Positions 11,460 to 21,671 of a DNA stretch of 64,000 bases are shown in pieces. Positions within the stretch are counted from its first letter, which is position 1. Each line of letters opens with the position of its first letter. The stretch lies in the NCBI GenBank assembly GCA_963666835.2, contig CAXXGO010000003.1, positions 64,001 to 128,000 on the forward strand, read 5' to 3'. Under the pieces are notes generated by a model. The model worked only from the letters and a program-made list of their open reading frames with translations, did not search any database and was not told where the DNA came from. A program made the translations under genes and the position numbers. This DNA comes from Phycisphaerae bacterium (lineage in GTDB: Bacteria; Planctomycetota; Phycisphaerae; UBA1845).

Positions 11460-11479
11460 TGTAAGGACAGGAGCTTACA
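11460..11479. promoter_or_regulatory. Palindromic site TGTAAG-N8-CTTACA upstream of nuoA
   Basis: Perfect 6-bp inverted arms in the intergenic region; binding factor unknown. Confidence 0.35.
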
Positions 11480-11629
11480 TCGCCCATCGGTAAAAACTGC
11501 TTGAGCGGTGGGGCATGTTGTGTACATCCGGGACAGGCCATAGTACGATTTTAGCGCTCCAGGGATTGTGCGACGTCGTCGTCAAGACGGTGGTTGATGG
11601 GTCCGGATGAACCGTGAACTCCGAGAGAG

Positions 11630-12061
11630 GTGATCGCCTTGATTCCAGTCGCCTCGATTGAGCCCTATATAGCGATTGGCGCGACGATTTTGTTCGTGCT
11701 GGTGGTGTGCGTGGCGCAGCTTATCCTCGCCCATGCGATCCGGCCCAGGATATTCCATGGTCCCACCAAGGATAGCCCGTACGAGTCCGGGGTCCCGTTG
11801 GCGGAGAGCGTGCAACGCCGGTTCAACGTTCGGTTCTATCTGGTAGCGATGTTGTTCCTGCTGTTTGACGTTGAAGTCGTCTTCCTCTGGCCCTGGGCGC
11901 GCGTTTTCCACCATGCCGCCACCAACGACGCGATGATCCCTACCGATGGCGGTGTCGCCGTCGGCAAGGGCTTTTTGTTGATCGGAATGGGCATCTTCTT
12001 CGCGCTGCTCGTGTTCGGGTTGTTCTACGAGTGGAAGAGGGGGGCGCTCGAATGGGATTAA
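11630..12061 (+). CDS. nuoA: NADH-quinone oxidoreductase subunit A
   Basis: [29 protein letters not shown]. Confidence 0.96.
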   Translation: MIALIPVASIEPYIAIGATILFVLVVCVAQLILAHAIRPRIFHGPTKDSPYESGVPLAESVQRRFNVRFYLVAMLFLLFDVEVVFLWPWARVFHHAATNDAMIPTDGGVAVGKGFLLIGMGIFFALLVFGLFYEWKRGALEWD

Positions 12062-12633
12062 CACCGCCGCCTCGGGCTCCCCAGATGGCGAGCCGGGAGG
12101 ACTTTTTAACAACTCGGTTAGACTATCTCGTAGATCTAGTGCGGCAGTACGGGGTCAACTGGTGCCGCAAACACTCGCTCTGGCCTCTGCCGTTTGCGAC
12201 GGCGTGCTGCGGGATCGAGCTGATGGCTACCGGCGCCAGCCGGTACGACATCGCCCGGTTCGGCGCAGAGGTTATGCGGTTCACGCCTCGGCAGTGTGAC
12301 GTGTTTATCTGCGCCGGTCGTGTTTCGAACAAGATGATGCCGGTACTGCAACGGCTCTACATGCAGATGGCCGAGCCGAAATGGGTGATTAGTATGGGGG
12401 CGTGTGCGAGTTCGGGCGGGGTGTTCGACACCTATGCCGTGGTGCAGGGCATCGGCCAGTTTGTGCCGGTCGATGTCTATGTGCCGGGCTGCCCTCCGCG
12501 GCCGGAGACCCTCCTGGAGGCGCTGATGGCCCTTCAGCGGATCGTGGAGAAGGACGGCGTTAAGGGCGCCAGCGCGCGAAAGCGCGGGCTCGGGTTGGTT
12601 CTGGAACCGTCGGAAAGTGTGGGCGCGGACTGA
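12052..12633 (+). CDS. nuoB: NADH-quinone oxidoreductase subunit B
   Basis: [24 protein letters not shown]. Confidence 0.97.
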   Translation: MGLTPPPRAPQMASREDFLTTRLDYLVDLVRQYGVNWCRKHSLWPLPFATACCGIELMATGASRYDIARFGAEVMRFTPRQCDVFICAGRVSNKMMPVLQRLYMQMAEPKWVISMGACASSGGVFDTYAVVQGIGQFVPVDVYVPGCPPRPETLLEALMALQRIVEKDGVKGASARKRGLGLVLEPSESVGAD

Positions 12634-12667
12634 ACTGCGGAAGGTGAATCTGGTCGTAGCTCGTTCG

Positions 12668-13228
12668 ATGGCGTATTCGGTGGGAAGGCAGTTGGAAGCT
12701 AAGGCAAACGAAGTTTTGGCGGTCTTGTTGGGCGAGTTCGCGAACATTGACTTCGCGCCGGGGCCGCTTATGCCGGGAACGAAGGACGGGCGAGCCCAGT
12801 TCTGCGTGACCGTTTCGCCGGATCGATTGCTGGAGGTGATGCGTTTCTTGCACGATGACGCGCGGTGTCGCTTCGAGCAGGTGGCCGACCTGACCTGCGT
12901 TGATTACTCCGAGTTTCCCGAGGCGCGAGATCGTTACGGTGTGGTCTATACGCTGGTGTCGGTCAGTCGGGGGCAGCGTATTTGGGTGAAGTGTTATGCG
13001 AATGACCCGTCTCCGGAGGTTCCGTCGGTTACCGGAATATGGAAGGGAGCGGATTGGCCGGAACGTGAGGTTTTTGATCTGTTCGGGGTGCGGTTCACCG
13101 GCCATCCGGACCTGCGGCGCATCATGACTTGGGATGGGTTCGAAGCGCATCCGCTCCGAAAGGACTATCCCTTGCGTGGTTGCGGAGAGCGGGAGGAGTT
13201 CGAGGTCGTCAAGCGCGACGGTGCGTAA
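12668..13228 (+). CDS. nuoC: NADH-quinone oxidoreductase subunit C
   Basis: EREVFDLFGVRFTGHPDLRRI, HPLRKDYPL; start uncertain (12617 or 12668). Confidence 0.95.
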   Translation: MAYSVGRQLEAKANEVLAVLLGEFANIDFAPGPLMPGTKDGRAQFCVTVSPDRLLEVMRFLHDDARCRFEQVADLTCVDYSEFPEARDRYGVVYTLVSVSRGQRIWVKCYANDPSPEVPSVTGIWKGADWPEREVFDLFGVRFTGHPDLRRIMTWDGFEAHPLRKDYPLRGCGEREEFEVVKRDGA

Positions 13229-13321
13229 GGCGTGTGATAGTGGAAGTGGGGTAGTTGGAGTGAGAGGCGCCGCGGGTTGTCCGACCTCTCATGGTTCGAG
13301 TCGTTTCGTAGGTTGCCGCTT

Positions 13322-14590
13322 ATGTCGGTGAAACCACAAACTGAGGTTCGCATAGGGGCGATGACCTATGCGCCCCAAGAGCCCGGCGGTGATGTTTGGG
13401 TCTTGAATCTAGGCCCGCAGCATCCGGCTACGCACACGACGCTGCGCCATGTGCTCGAGCTGGACGGCGAGACGGTGGTGAGCTGCACGGTACACATCGG
13501 CTACCTGCACAGCGGGTTCGAGAAACTCGGAGAGAGTCTGGATTACAACCAGTATGTCGTGGTGACCGATCGATTGAACTACGTCTCGCCGATGGCGAAT
13601 AACATCACGTGGCACCAGGCGTGCGAGCGACTCTTCGGCTTGGAGATAACCCCGCGCTGCAAAGCAATCCGTACGATCATAGCGGAACTTGCTCGTATTC
13701 AAGATCACCTGGTATGCGTCGGATGCTCCGGATTGGACCTGGGGGGCTACACGGCGTTCATGTATCCGTTCAACGTGCGCGAGGGGATTTACGATCTCTT
13801 CGAGGAGATCTGCGGGCATCGCTTCACTACGAGCTACACTCGCGTGGGCGGTCTTTCTCAGGACATTACCCCGGGATGGGCCGCCAGGGTGAAGGAGTAT
13901 TGCAGGATAGACCTGCCGCCGGCATTGGTCGATTTCGAGAAGCTGCTCACGCGAAACCGGATCTTTATCGAGCGGACGAAGGGGATCGGGTGCATCGACC
14001 ACGACGACGCGATCAACTGGGGGCTAACCGGTCCGTTGGCGCGGGCCAGCGGGGTCCGGCGCGATCTGCGCAAGGATGAGCCGTATCTCTGCTATGCGGA
14101 TAACTGGGACGGCAGAGGTTCCTCCGCGGTTGATTTCAAAGTTGCGATCGGTTCAGGCGGAGACTGCTTGGCGCGATATCTCGTGCGGCTGGCCGAGATG
14201 CGGGAGTCCATCAATATAATCCTGCAGTTGGTGGACAACATCCCCGAGGGGCCGGTGGACGTGGCTGCGGAAGAGAAGGTGTCGCTGCCGGACCGGAACG
14301 CGGTTTATACGAGCATCGAAGGGCTCATCCACCATTTCGAGAAGATCATGACGAATCGTGGGCTGCAGCCGCCCGTGGGCGAGTGTTACGACTCCAATGA
14401 GACCGCCAATGGGGAATTGGGGTTCTTTCTGGTGAGCGATGGGGGTAACACACCGTACCGGGTGCGGTGCCGGCCTCCGTCGTTTATGAATTACCAGTGT
14501 TTCCCGCAATTGGTGGTAGGGCATCGTCTTAGTGACGTGGTCGCGGTGTTGAGCGGTATGAATATCATCGCGGGAGAGTTGGATCGCTAG
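13322..14590 (+). CDS. nuoD: NADH-quinone oxidoreductase subunit D
   Basis: NLGPQHPATH, IGYLHSGFEK, C-terminal GELDR; start uncertain. Confidence 0.97.
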   Translation: MSVKPQTEVRIGAMTYAPQEPGGDVWVLNLGPQHPATHTTLRHVLELDGETVVSCTVHIGYLHSGFEKLGESLDYNQYVVVTDRLNYVSPMANNITWHQACERLFGLEITPRCKAIRTIIAELARIQDHLVCVGCSGLDLGGYTAFMYPFNVREGIYDLFEEICGHRFTTSYTRVGGLSQDITPGWAARVKEYCRIDLPPALVDFEKLLTRNRIFIERTKGIGCIDHDDAINWGLTGPLARASGVRRDLRKDEPYLCYADNWDGRGSSAVDFKVAIGSGGDCLARYLVRLAEMRESINIILQLVDNIPEGPVDVAAEEKVSLPDRNAVYTSIEGLIHHFEKIMTNRGLQPPVGECYDSNETANGELGFFLVSDGGNTPYRVRCRPPSFMNYQCFPQLVVGHRLSDVVAVLSGMNIIAGELDR

Positions 14591-14624
14591 AAAGCGGACT
14601 TGCGATCGGTGGACGGTTTTGCGT

Positions 14625-15206
14625 ATGGCGTGGGAATCGATAGATAGGAACGAACCTGCTTTTGACCCGGATGCTCCTGCGGTCCTTACCGAGGCAGTCC
14701 GCGAGAAGATCCGGTTCTTCTTCGACCGGTATGAGACCAAACGCGCCGCTTTGTTGCCCGCCTTGCACGTGGTGCAGAATACGCTGGGATATGTATCACC
14801 GCAGGCGATGGCGGAGATCGCGGAGCTATTGGAGATCCCACCGGCCGAGGTGCTCAGCACGGCGTCGTTCTATACGCATTACTGGACGCATCCCAAGGGT
14901 GAGAAGGTCATCGTGGTCTGTCGTAGCATCTCGTGCGAGGTGATGGGTGGGGCGGCCGTGCTGGCGGAACTGAAGAGGTTGCTCAAGATCGAAGAGCATG
15001 AAACGACGCCGGACGGCAAGTACAGTCTGATGACCGAGGAGTGTCTGGCGGCGTGCGATCACGGGCCGTGTATGTTGATCAACGAGCGTCTGCATAAGCG
15101 GGTGCGCCCGGAGGACGTCGCGGCAATCTTGGCGGATCCGGACAACGATCGAGTGTCCATGGAGCGGAGTACGCTGTTTGATCCTCCGGAAGCTGCCGGC
15201 GAGTGA
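14625..15206 (+). CDS. nuoE: NADH-quinone oxidoreductase subunit E
   Basis: CRSISC and ECLAAC 2Fe-2S ligands. Confidence 0.95.
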   Translation: MAWESIDRNEPAFDPDAPAVLTEAVREKIRFFFDRYETKRAALLPALHVVQNTLGYVSPQAMAEIAELLEIPPAEVLSTASFYTHYWTHPKGEKVIVVCRSISCEVMGGAAVLAELKRLLKIEEHETTPDGKYSLMTEECLAACDHGPCMLINERLHKRVRPEDVAAILADPDNDRVSMERSTLFDPPEAAGE

Positions 15207-15357
15207 TCGGGCGCCGCTTACACCGGAATTGAGGTTTTGCAGCGCAGCGCGACGAGGAGCGATTGAGGAACGGTTCTGAGCGAGCAAAAGGAAGGCACGT
15301 GCTCTTCCTTGGTGGCGTGCACGCGGGCGCGGCCCCGGCAGGGATGTTTATCAGGTA

Positions 15358-16620
15358 ATGGCGGGAGGACCGGAGAAGCCGTTAAGGGACGAGGCTGTTA
15401 CGGTTCACCCGCCGGGAAGTTCCGGCTCGGCAAAGTGGTTTTGGCTCGGAGCGGTGCTGGTAACGGTGGTGTTTCTGGGCCTGCTCGAATCGGAGCTATG
15501 GCGCCCGGAGGTGATTCTCGACGGCCGCCACAACGTGCAGATTGCCGAGGCGCAGGCGTGGCGGGAGGGCAGATTAGATCTGCCGATGAGGCTATGGGAT
15601 ACGGCGGAGAAAGACGGGAAAGTCTACAGTCACTTTCCGATCCTGTTTACGATGATCGGAACGGTGCTGCTACCGTTGTGTCACGGAGTTCCACACTGGT
15701 TTTTGCTGTTCTTCATGGCGTTGCCGGTGGCTCTGTTGGCGTACGTTCTGTTCTGTCGGATCACCGGGTCCGCCCTGCACGGGGCTCTGCTGGCAATTGC
15801 GCTGGTTTGCGGTACCTCGATCTGGCCGGTGGTGAATCAGTCGCTCAAAGGCGGCGGGGCGTACTATCCGAACCATGTGTTGGGCGTGGTCGGGATTCTG
15901 ATTCTGTTGGTCGAGTTTCACGGGCGTCAGCGCGTGGCGGTTGCGGGTGTCGGGCTGATTATCGCGACGCTGGCGCGTCAGTTAACCGCGGCGTTTGCCA
16001 TTCCCTTGATCTGGCTGGCGGTTCGAGAGCAGCCACCGACCCAACGTCGTCGACAACTGATCGCCTTGGTGGTTGTAGGAGCAATCGTGGCCGGCGTGCC
16101 GCTGGTGGTGAACACGCTGAAGTTCGGCAACCCGCTCGAAACCGGCTACATGCTGATCTACGAGGGCCGGCACGACGACACATTTGCGCGAGACGCCCAT
16201 CAGTACGGTCTGTTCTCGGCGCACTTCGTCCCGCGGAATGCGTATTACCTGAACCTGGGGTTTCCGAAGTTCTATCGAATAGTGATGGCCGGGAGGCCCG
16301 AGTACCACGTGCGGCACAACGAGATCGGCACGGGGATCTGGTGGACGGCGCCGCTATTGTTGTGGCTGTTCGTGGATCTGCGGAAGATCGTGCGCGACCC
16401 GGCGCGGCGGAGTCTGCTGGCCGCGGCGCTGGTCGTGTTTGCTGCGCTACTGTTTTTTCACACGACGGGGCAGACTCAGCGGGGGTACAATCGGTTCTCT
16501 TTGGATTTTCTGCCGGCTTTGATGGTGCTGGTCGCGCCGACGTGTTTTGTCGGGCGGCGGCGCTGGTTGACCCTGGCGTTCGTGGCGTGGAGCGTCATCT
16601 ACTTCCGTTGGCTGGTGTAG
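15358..16620 (+). CDS. Polytopic membrane protein, possibly a GT-C-type glycosyltransferase
   Basis: About 9-10 hydrophobic segments, KFGNPLETGY loop and TGQTQRGYNRFSLDF motif; function is inference. Confidence 0.6.
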   Translation: MAGGPEKPLRDEAVTVHPPGSSGSAKWFWLGAVLVTVVFLGLLESELWRPEVILDGRHNVQIAEAQAWREGRLDLPMRLWDTAEKDGKVYSHFPILFTMIGTVLLPLCHGVPHWFLLFFMALPVALLAYVLFCRITGSALHGALLAIALVCGTSIWPVVNQSLKGGGAYYPNHVLGVVGILILLVEFHGRQRVAVAGVGLIIATLARQLTAAFAIPLIWLAVREQPPTQRRRQLIALVVVGAIVAGVPLVVNTLKFGNPLETGYMLIYEGRHDDTFARDAHQYGLFSAHFVPRNAYYLNLGFPKFYRIVMAGRPEYHVRHNEIGTGIWWTAPLLLWLFVDLRKIVRDPARRSLLAAALVVFAALLFFHTTGQTQRGYNRFSLDFLPALMVLVAPTCFVGRRRWLTLAFVAWSVIYFRWLV

Positions 16621-16661
16621 GCCGCCCGGTAGAGAGTTTGCGGTTGAGCTAGAAGGGCGAT

Positions 16662-17969
16662 ATGGCCGAGTACGAACCAGTGTTACTCAGGAATGTCGGA
16701 GTCGAAGACTCGACGTCCCTGGAGGTTTACGAATCACGCGGCGGTTACAGCGCGATTCGCAAGGCTCTTTCGTCCACCCCGGACGAGGTCGTAGAGGAAG
16801 TGAAGCGGGCCAACCTTCGCGGACGCGGCGGCGCCGGTTTCCCGGCCGGGATCAAGTGGGGGTTCCTTCCGAGGGATCGAACAACGACGTATCTGTGCGT
16901 GAACGCGGACGAATCGGAGCCTCCGACCTTCTCGAATCGCGTATTGATCGAGGGCGATCCGCATCAGCTTATTGAGGGGATTCTCATTGCGGGTTACGCC
17001 ACGCAGGCGGCCGTCGCCTACGTGTACATGCGCGGCGAATTTCACGAGCAATTCCACGTGCTGCAGAAGGCGATCGACGAGGCCTACGCTGCGGGATACC
17101 TGGGCAAGGGGGTCTTCGGGGGCGATTTCTCACTGGATTGTTATATCCACCGTGGAGCCGGGGCTTACGTCTGCGGCGAGGAAACGGGGCTGATCGAGTC
17201 GATCGAAGGCAAGCGGGGGTCGCCGCGGATCAAGCCGCCGTTCCCCGCGATTGAGGGACTGTTTAACAAACCGACGGTGGTGAATAACGTCGAGACCCTG
17301 GCGAACTTGCCGCACATCATCGAACGTGGCGCGAGCTGGTTTACCAGTATCGGTCCGGAGCACAGTACGGGGCCTAAGCTCTTCTGTGTAAGCGGTCCGG
17401 TTGCCAGACCCGGCTGTTACGAGGCGGCGATGGACATCACCGTGCGTGATATCATTGAACGCTCGGACATGGGCCGGGGCATGGCGGACGGCCGCCGGTT
17501 CAAGGGCGTGCTGCCCGGCGGGGTTTCTATGGGGATCCTCACCGCCGACGAGCTGGACATGAAGATGGACTTCGTGGATCCGGCCAACTACGGCCTGCTC
17601 GGGCTGGGTACCGCGGCGGCAGTGGTCATCGATGAAGACACGGACATCCGCGTGGTCTTGCGGAGTATGGCGAGGTTTTACGGAACGGAATCGTGCGGTC
17701 AGTGTACGCAGTGCCGGGAAGGCACGGCGTGGATGTACAAGATAGCCTCGCGAATCGCGGACGGTGCGGGGCGGATAGAGGATTTGGACGTCCTCCTTGA
17801 AACCGCCCGCGATATTGGCATGATGCCGGGACTGAGCATTTGCGGATTGTCGGACGGCGCTACGTATCCGATTGAGACGATTGTGACAAAGTATCGCAGC
17901 GAGTTGGAAGCGGCGATTCGCGCTCAGCCGGCAGGGCGGACGGACGAGGTGCTTCGGGCGGTGTGTTAG
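16662..17969 (+). CDS. nuoF: NADH-quinone oxidoreductase subunit F
   Basis: LRGRGGAGF, NADESEP, GAGAYVCGEET, ESCGQCTQCREG. Confidence 0.97.
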   Translation: MAEYEPVLLRNVGVEDSTSLEVYESRGGYSAIRKALSSTPDEVVEEVKRANLRGRGGAGFPAGIKWGFLPRDRTTTYLCVNADESEPPTFSNRVLIEGDPHQLIEGILIAGYATQAAVAYVYMRGEFHEQFHVLQKAIDEAYAAGYLGKGVFGGDFSLDCYIHRGAGAYVCGEETGLIESIEGKRGSPRIKPPFPAIEGLFNKPTVVNNVETLANLPHIIERGASWFTSIGPEHSTGPKLFCVSGPVARPGCYEAAMDITVRDIIERSDMGRGMADGRRFKGVLPGGVSMGILTADELDMKMDFVDPANYGLLGLGTAAAVVIDEDTDIRVVLRSMARFYGTESCGQCTQCREGTAWMYKIASRIADGAGRIEDLDVLLETARDIGMMPGLSICGLSDGATYPIETIVTKYRSELEAAIRAQPAGRTDEVLRAVC

Positions 17970-18015
17970 GCGGGCCCCGATGGGGCGGCGAATACGGGTT
18001 GATGTGGCAGGTTAG

Positions 18016-19638
18016 ATGCCCAAGATCATCATCGACAACCACGAGGTAGAGTGCCGTGAAGGTGTCTCCGTGTTGGAGGCAGCTTTGGAGGCCGGGTGGG
18101 ACGTGCCGCATTACTGTTTCCATCCCGGGCTCAAGGTCGTGGCCTCGTGCCGGCTCTGCCTTATGGAAATGAAGATGCCGCACCCTCAGACCCGCGATCT
18201 GGCCTGGGCGCCCAAGCTTATTCCCTCGTGCCAGACGAAGGTGCGCGAGGGCATGGAGATCCGGTTTGACTCCGACAAGGTCCGCAGGAACCGGCAGCAG
18301 TGCCTCGAGTTGTTGCTGCTGAACCACCCGTTGGACTGCCCGGTGTGCGATCAGGCGGGTGAGTGTCTTTTGCAGGACTACGCGGAGAAGTACGGCCGGG
18401 CGGAGTCGCGCATGGTCGACGCCAAATACAAAGACCCCAAGCGGGACATCGGGCCGCGCACGCTGTTGTATTCAGATCGCTGCGTGATGTGTACGAGGTG
18501 TGTCCGTTTCACTGCGGAGATCTCCGGCACGCACGAATTGGCGGTCGTCAACCGCGGATCACGTAACTCCATCGATGCCTTCCCAGGTCGACCCTTGGAC
18601 AATCCTCTGCAGGGCAATGTTGTTGATGTGTGTCCGGTCGGCTCGATGCTGGATAAGGACTTCCGCTTCAAGCAGCGCGTCTGGTTCCTGGAATCGACTC
18701 CGTCGGTTTGCCCGGGCTGCGCGCAGGGCTGTTCGATCTGGATTCACAAGAAGGATGACACGGTGTACCGCCTCAAACCGCGCTACAACCCCAAGGTGAA
18801 CACCTGGTGGATGTGTGATGAGGGGCGGTTCGGGTTCAAGTATCTCGACGACGAGGGGCGCATCACTGTGCCCTTGGTTCGCCGCGGACAGGAGAAGACC
18901 CGCCCGCGGTGGGAGGATATTCCTGAACTCGTTCGGGTCCGGTTCGGCGAACAAGTGCGAAAGAGCGGTGCCAAGAAGGTGGCTGCGGTGCTCTCGCCCT
19001 TCATGGCGTGTGAAGAGGCTTGGTTGCTGGTTAAGTTCATTCGCGAGCTTGCCCCGGAAGCGACGTTGGTCTTGGGGCCGGTGCCGTGTGTGGGTGAAGA
19101 GCAGCACTTCCCCGTAGGGGCGAGCGGTGATGCAGTGCGATTCACGATTCTGCCGGAGAAATGTCCGAACCGGCGGGGAGTGGAGATGGTGCTGAAAGCG
19201 TTCGGCGGGCCGACGACTGAGTTTGAGGAGTTCACGCAGAAAGGCGTGGATGGCGAGTTCGATGCGATGTGGATCGTCGGCGGCTATCCGCAAGATTGGG
19301 TCGGCACGGAGCTTGTCAAGGCCGCGACGAAGACTGAGTTGTTGGTCGTTCAGGATATGTTTGAGAGTGGCCTTACTTCCGCAGCTTCGATAGTGCTGCC
19401 GGCCGCGGCGTGGGCGGAGCGCGAGGGTAGTTTTGCGAATGCGGCCGGGCTGGTGCAGGCTTTTGCCCGGGCGGTTGCTCCACGCGACGGAGCTTGGGGC
19501 GATGGTCGATATCTGTTCGGGATTGCCGGGTATGAAGGGCTGTACAGCGGAACGCGGGTGCGCGAGCTGATGGCTGAGACGATACCGGCATTCTCAGAGT
19601 TGTATGAACCTCCGGCGAGGCCGGCGCACGCGCACTAG
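18016..19638 (+). CDS. nuoG: NADH-quinone oxidoreductase subunit G (short form)
   Basis: HYCFHP..SCRLC, NHPLDCPVCDQAGEC, CVMCTRC, CPGCAQGC..WMCDEGR. Confidence 0.95.
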   Translation: MPKIIIDNHEVECREGVSVLEAALEAGWDVPHYCFHPGLKVVASCRLCLMEMKMPHPQTRDLAWAPKLIPSCQTKVREGMEIRFDSDKVRRNRQQCLELLLLNHPLDCPVCDQAGECLLQDYAEKYGRAESRMVDAKYKDPKRDIGPRTLLYSDRCVMCTRCVRFTAEISGTHELAVVNRGSRNSIDAFPGRPLDNPLQGNVVDVCPVGSMLDKDFRFKQRVWFLESTPSVCPGCAQGCSIWIHKKDDTVYRLKPRYNPKVNTWWMCDEGRFGFKYLDDEGRITVPLVRRGQEKTRPRWEDIPELVRVRFGEQVRKSGAKKVAAVLSPFMACEEAWLLVKFIRELAPEATLVLGPVPCVGEEQHFPVGASGDAVRFTILPEKCPNRRGVEMVLKAFGGPTTEFEEFTQKGVDGEFDAMWIVGGYPQDWVGTELVKAATKTELLVVQDMFESGLTSAASIVLPAAAWAEREGSFANAAGLVQAFARAVAPRDGAWGDGRYLFGIAGYEGLYSGTRVRELMAETIPAFSELYEPPARPAHAH

Positions 19639-19665
19639 GCGAGCAGGACGCGGGTGGCATGGGCC

Positions 19666-19810
19666 GGGTGCCCGATGGCTTTGGCCGTGGGGGATGGATG
19701 TTGGAGGGTGGTTCGAGTCGTGCGTCTGCGGGTGGATCGGGTCCCCCACCTCTGAAGAGGTGGGCCACCCATCGTGGTTGGGTGGCCCATGGCATTAGCG
19801 GTGGGGGATG
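19666..19810. repeat. Three REP-like palindromic units in alternating orientation (BIME-like) between nuoG and nuoH
   Basis: GGGTG(G)CCC..GTGGGGG(ATG) at 19666-19696 (+), 19743-19770 (-) and 19780-19810 (+). Confidence 0.7.
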
Positions 19811-19860
19811 TAATCCCCGAAAGTGCGTTTGAGTTTTGCGATTGATGACGTGGGACGAAC

Positions 19861-21066
19861 ATGGTTGAGTTCTTCACGAGTCAACTTGGCGTGAGCATAG
19901 TTCTGGCGGTGGTCGTGGTCCTCACCTTGCTCGGGATCACGGCCTACTGCATCTTCTTTGAACGGAAGATAGCCGGGTGGATTCAGGACCGCCCCGGTCC
20001 CAACCGGGTGGGTCCGGGAGGTATCTTCCAGCTCGCAGCCGACGGCGGGAAGATGCTGTTCAAGGAAGATGTCGTTCCGGGGCATGTCGATAAGGTCCTG
20101 TTCATCCTCGCTCCGGGCATCATGATGCTTGTGGGGTTTATCACCTTCGCCGCGATCCCGTGGGGTGGGCAGTGGCAACTCGGTGACGACCTGATCAACG
20201 TTCAGGTGGCCAATCCGGACATCGGAGTATTGTACATCCTCGGGGTGGCGTCGATGGGCGTCTACGGGGTGGTGCTCGGCGGTTGGTCCAGCAACAACAA
20301 GTATTCGTTCTTCGGCGCGGTACGGGCGGTCGCCCAGATGCTCAGTTACGAGATTCCACTCGGCTTGTGCATTCTCGTGATCGTCGTGGCCATGGGCACG
20401 CTGAGGCTCGAGGAGATTGCCGTAGCTCAGACCGGGTACTGGTTCGGGTTTATTCCACAGTGGAACGTCTTTCTATACCCGTTGCCTTGCGTGATTCTGT
20501 TCATCACCGTGCTGGCCGAGGCCAACCGGACGCCGTTCGATCTGGCCGAGAGCGAGCAGGAACTTGTTTGCGGGTTCCATACGGAATACGGCGCTCTGAA
20601 ATTCGGGATGTTCTTCCTGGCCGAGTACTCGAGCATGATCACGTTCAGTGCGGTGATTGCCGTGTTGTTCTTCGGCGGCTGGCATTTCCCGTGGATTCCC
20701 TGGACTCAGCCGGGGGCGACGGGTTTCGGGGCCGTGTTGGCGAAGATTGCGGTCCTGTGCGGCAAGGTGACGTTTTCCATCTTCTTGATGATGTGGCTGC
20801 GATGGACGTTGCCGCGGTTGAGGTACGACCAGCTTATGCGCGTGGCCTGGAAGTCGCTGATTCCGATCGGTTTGGCGTTGTTTGTGCTTTCCGTCGGCCT
20901 GCTCTACTTCGGCCTGCAACGCTCGGTGTGGGCTCTGGTGGGCAACGTCGTGATTCTCGGAGCGGTCTTGGCCCTGGCGGGAGCGTCGCGGAGCGAGGTA
21001 ACCGGGAGGGTCTCGAAAGCGGCGCCGGTTCACTCGGGCGCGCTGGAGGCGGGAACGTCTGCATGA
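19861..21066 (+). CDS. nuoH: NADH-quinone oxidoreductase subunit H
   Basis: ERKIAGWIQDRPGPNRVGP, AEANRTPFDLAESEQEL, TLPRLRYDQLM. Confidence 0.97.
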   Translation: MVEFFTSQLGVSIVLAVVVVLTLLGITAYCIFFERKIAGWIQDRPGPNRVGPGGIFQLAADGGKMLFKEDVVPGHVDKVLFILAPGIMMLVGFITFAAIPWGGQWQLGDDLINVQVANPDIGVLYILGVASMGVYGVVLGGWSSNNKYSFFGAVRAVAQMLSYEIPLGLCILVIVVAMGTLRLEEIAVAQTGYWFGFIPQWNVFLYPLPCVILFITVLAEANRTPFDLAESEQELVCGFHTEYGALKFGMFFLAEYSSMITFSAVIAVLFFGGWHFPWIPWTQPGATGFGAVLAKIAVLCGKVTFSIFLMMWLRWTLPRLRYDQLMRVAWKSLIPIGLALFVLSVGLLYFGLQRSVWALVGNVVILGAVLALAGASRSEVTGRVSKAAPVHSGALEAGTSA

Positions 21067-21671
21067 TGGAAGACAAGGACATTCTGATGGTCGAGGAACC
21101 GCGGTTATCCGCGGCGGAGCGGCTCTATGTCCCGCAGATCTGGGATGGCATGAAAACGACGATCCGCCATTTCTTCCACACGATGTTCAAGGGTGCTATG
21201 ACGGTTCAATATCCCGAGCAGCAGCGCGAGCTTCGCGCAGAGAACTATCGCGGCGTTCATCGGCTGAATAGGGACGCGGAGGGTCGGGTCGCCTGCGTGG
21301 CGTGCTTCATGTGCGAGACGGCATGTCCGGCGCGGTGCATCCATATAGAGGCCGGTGAGGCGCCCTGGGCTGATCGAGAGAAATACCCGGTCAGATTCGA
21401 CATTGACGAGCTGCGCTGCATCTATTGCGGGATGTGTGAGCGGGCCTGTCCGGTGGACGCGATCGAGCTGACTTATCGGTACGATATCGTCGGCCGCTCT
21501 CGAGCGGAGATGGTGTTCGACAAGGAGCGGCTCCTCGAACTGTACGATGAGACGGCCTCGGTTAAGCCGCGAGCCAATCCGCACATTACGGGCTATCCGG
21601 GGACCGGCAAGTCGGCTTCCGAGACGCGGAGTGCTTCGGAGGGTGCTTCAGCGGGAGGTGCGGCGGCGTGA
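21063..21671 (+). CDS. nuoI: NADH-quinone oxidoreductase subunit I
   Basis: CVACFMCETACP and CIYCGMCERACP; ATGA overlap with the nuoH stop. Confidence 0.96.
   Translation: MMEDKDILMVEEPRLSAAERLYVPQIWDGMKTTIRHFFHTMFKGAMTVQYPEQQRELRAENYRGVHRLNRDAEGRVACVACFMCETACPARCIHIEAGEAPWADREKYPVRFDIDELRCIYCGMCERACPVDAIELTYRYDIVGRSRAEMVFDKERLLELYDETASVKPRANPHITGYPGTGKSASETRSASEGASAGGAAA

Noticed and set aside
15309..16652. 447-aa alternative-frame ORF, and long antisense ORFs such as 30072-31487, 49766-51196 and 55598-56863
   Set aside because: Shadow ORFs typical of high-GC DNA, overlapping well-supported genes and lacking motifs.
18016..19638. nuoG pseudogene (only 540 aa)
   Set aside because: All Fe-S motifs are intact, there is no frameshift evidence, and no remnant follows the stop.
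20283..21062. N-terminally extended 462-aa NuoI
   Set aside because: The extension overlaps nuoH out of frame and is low-complexity; the ATGA junction supports a start at 21063.
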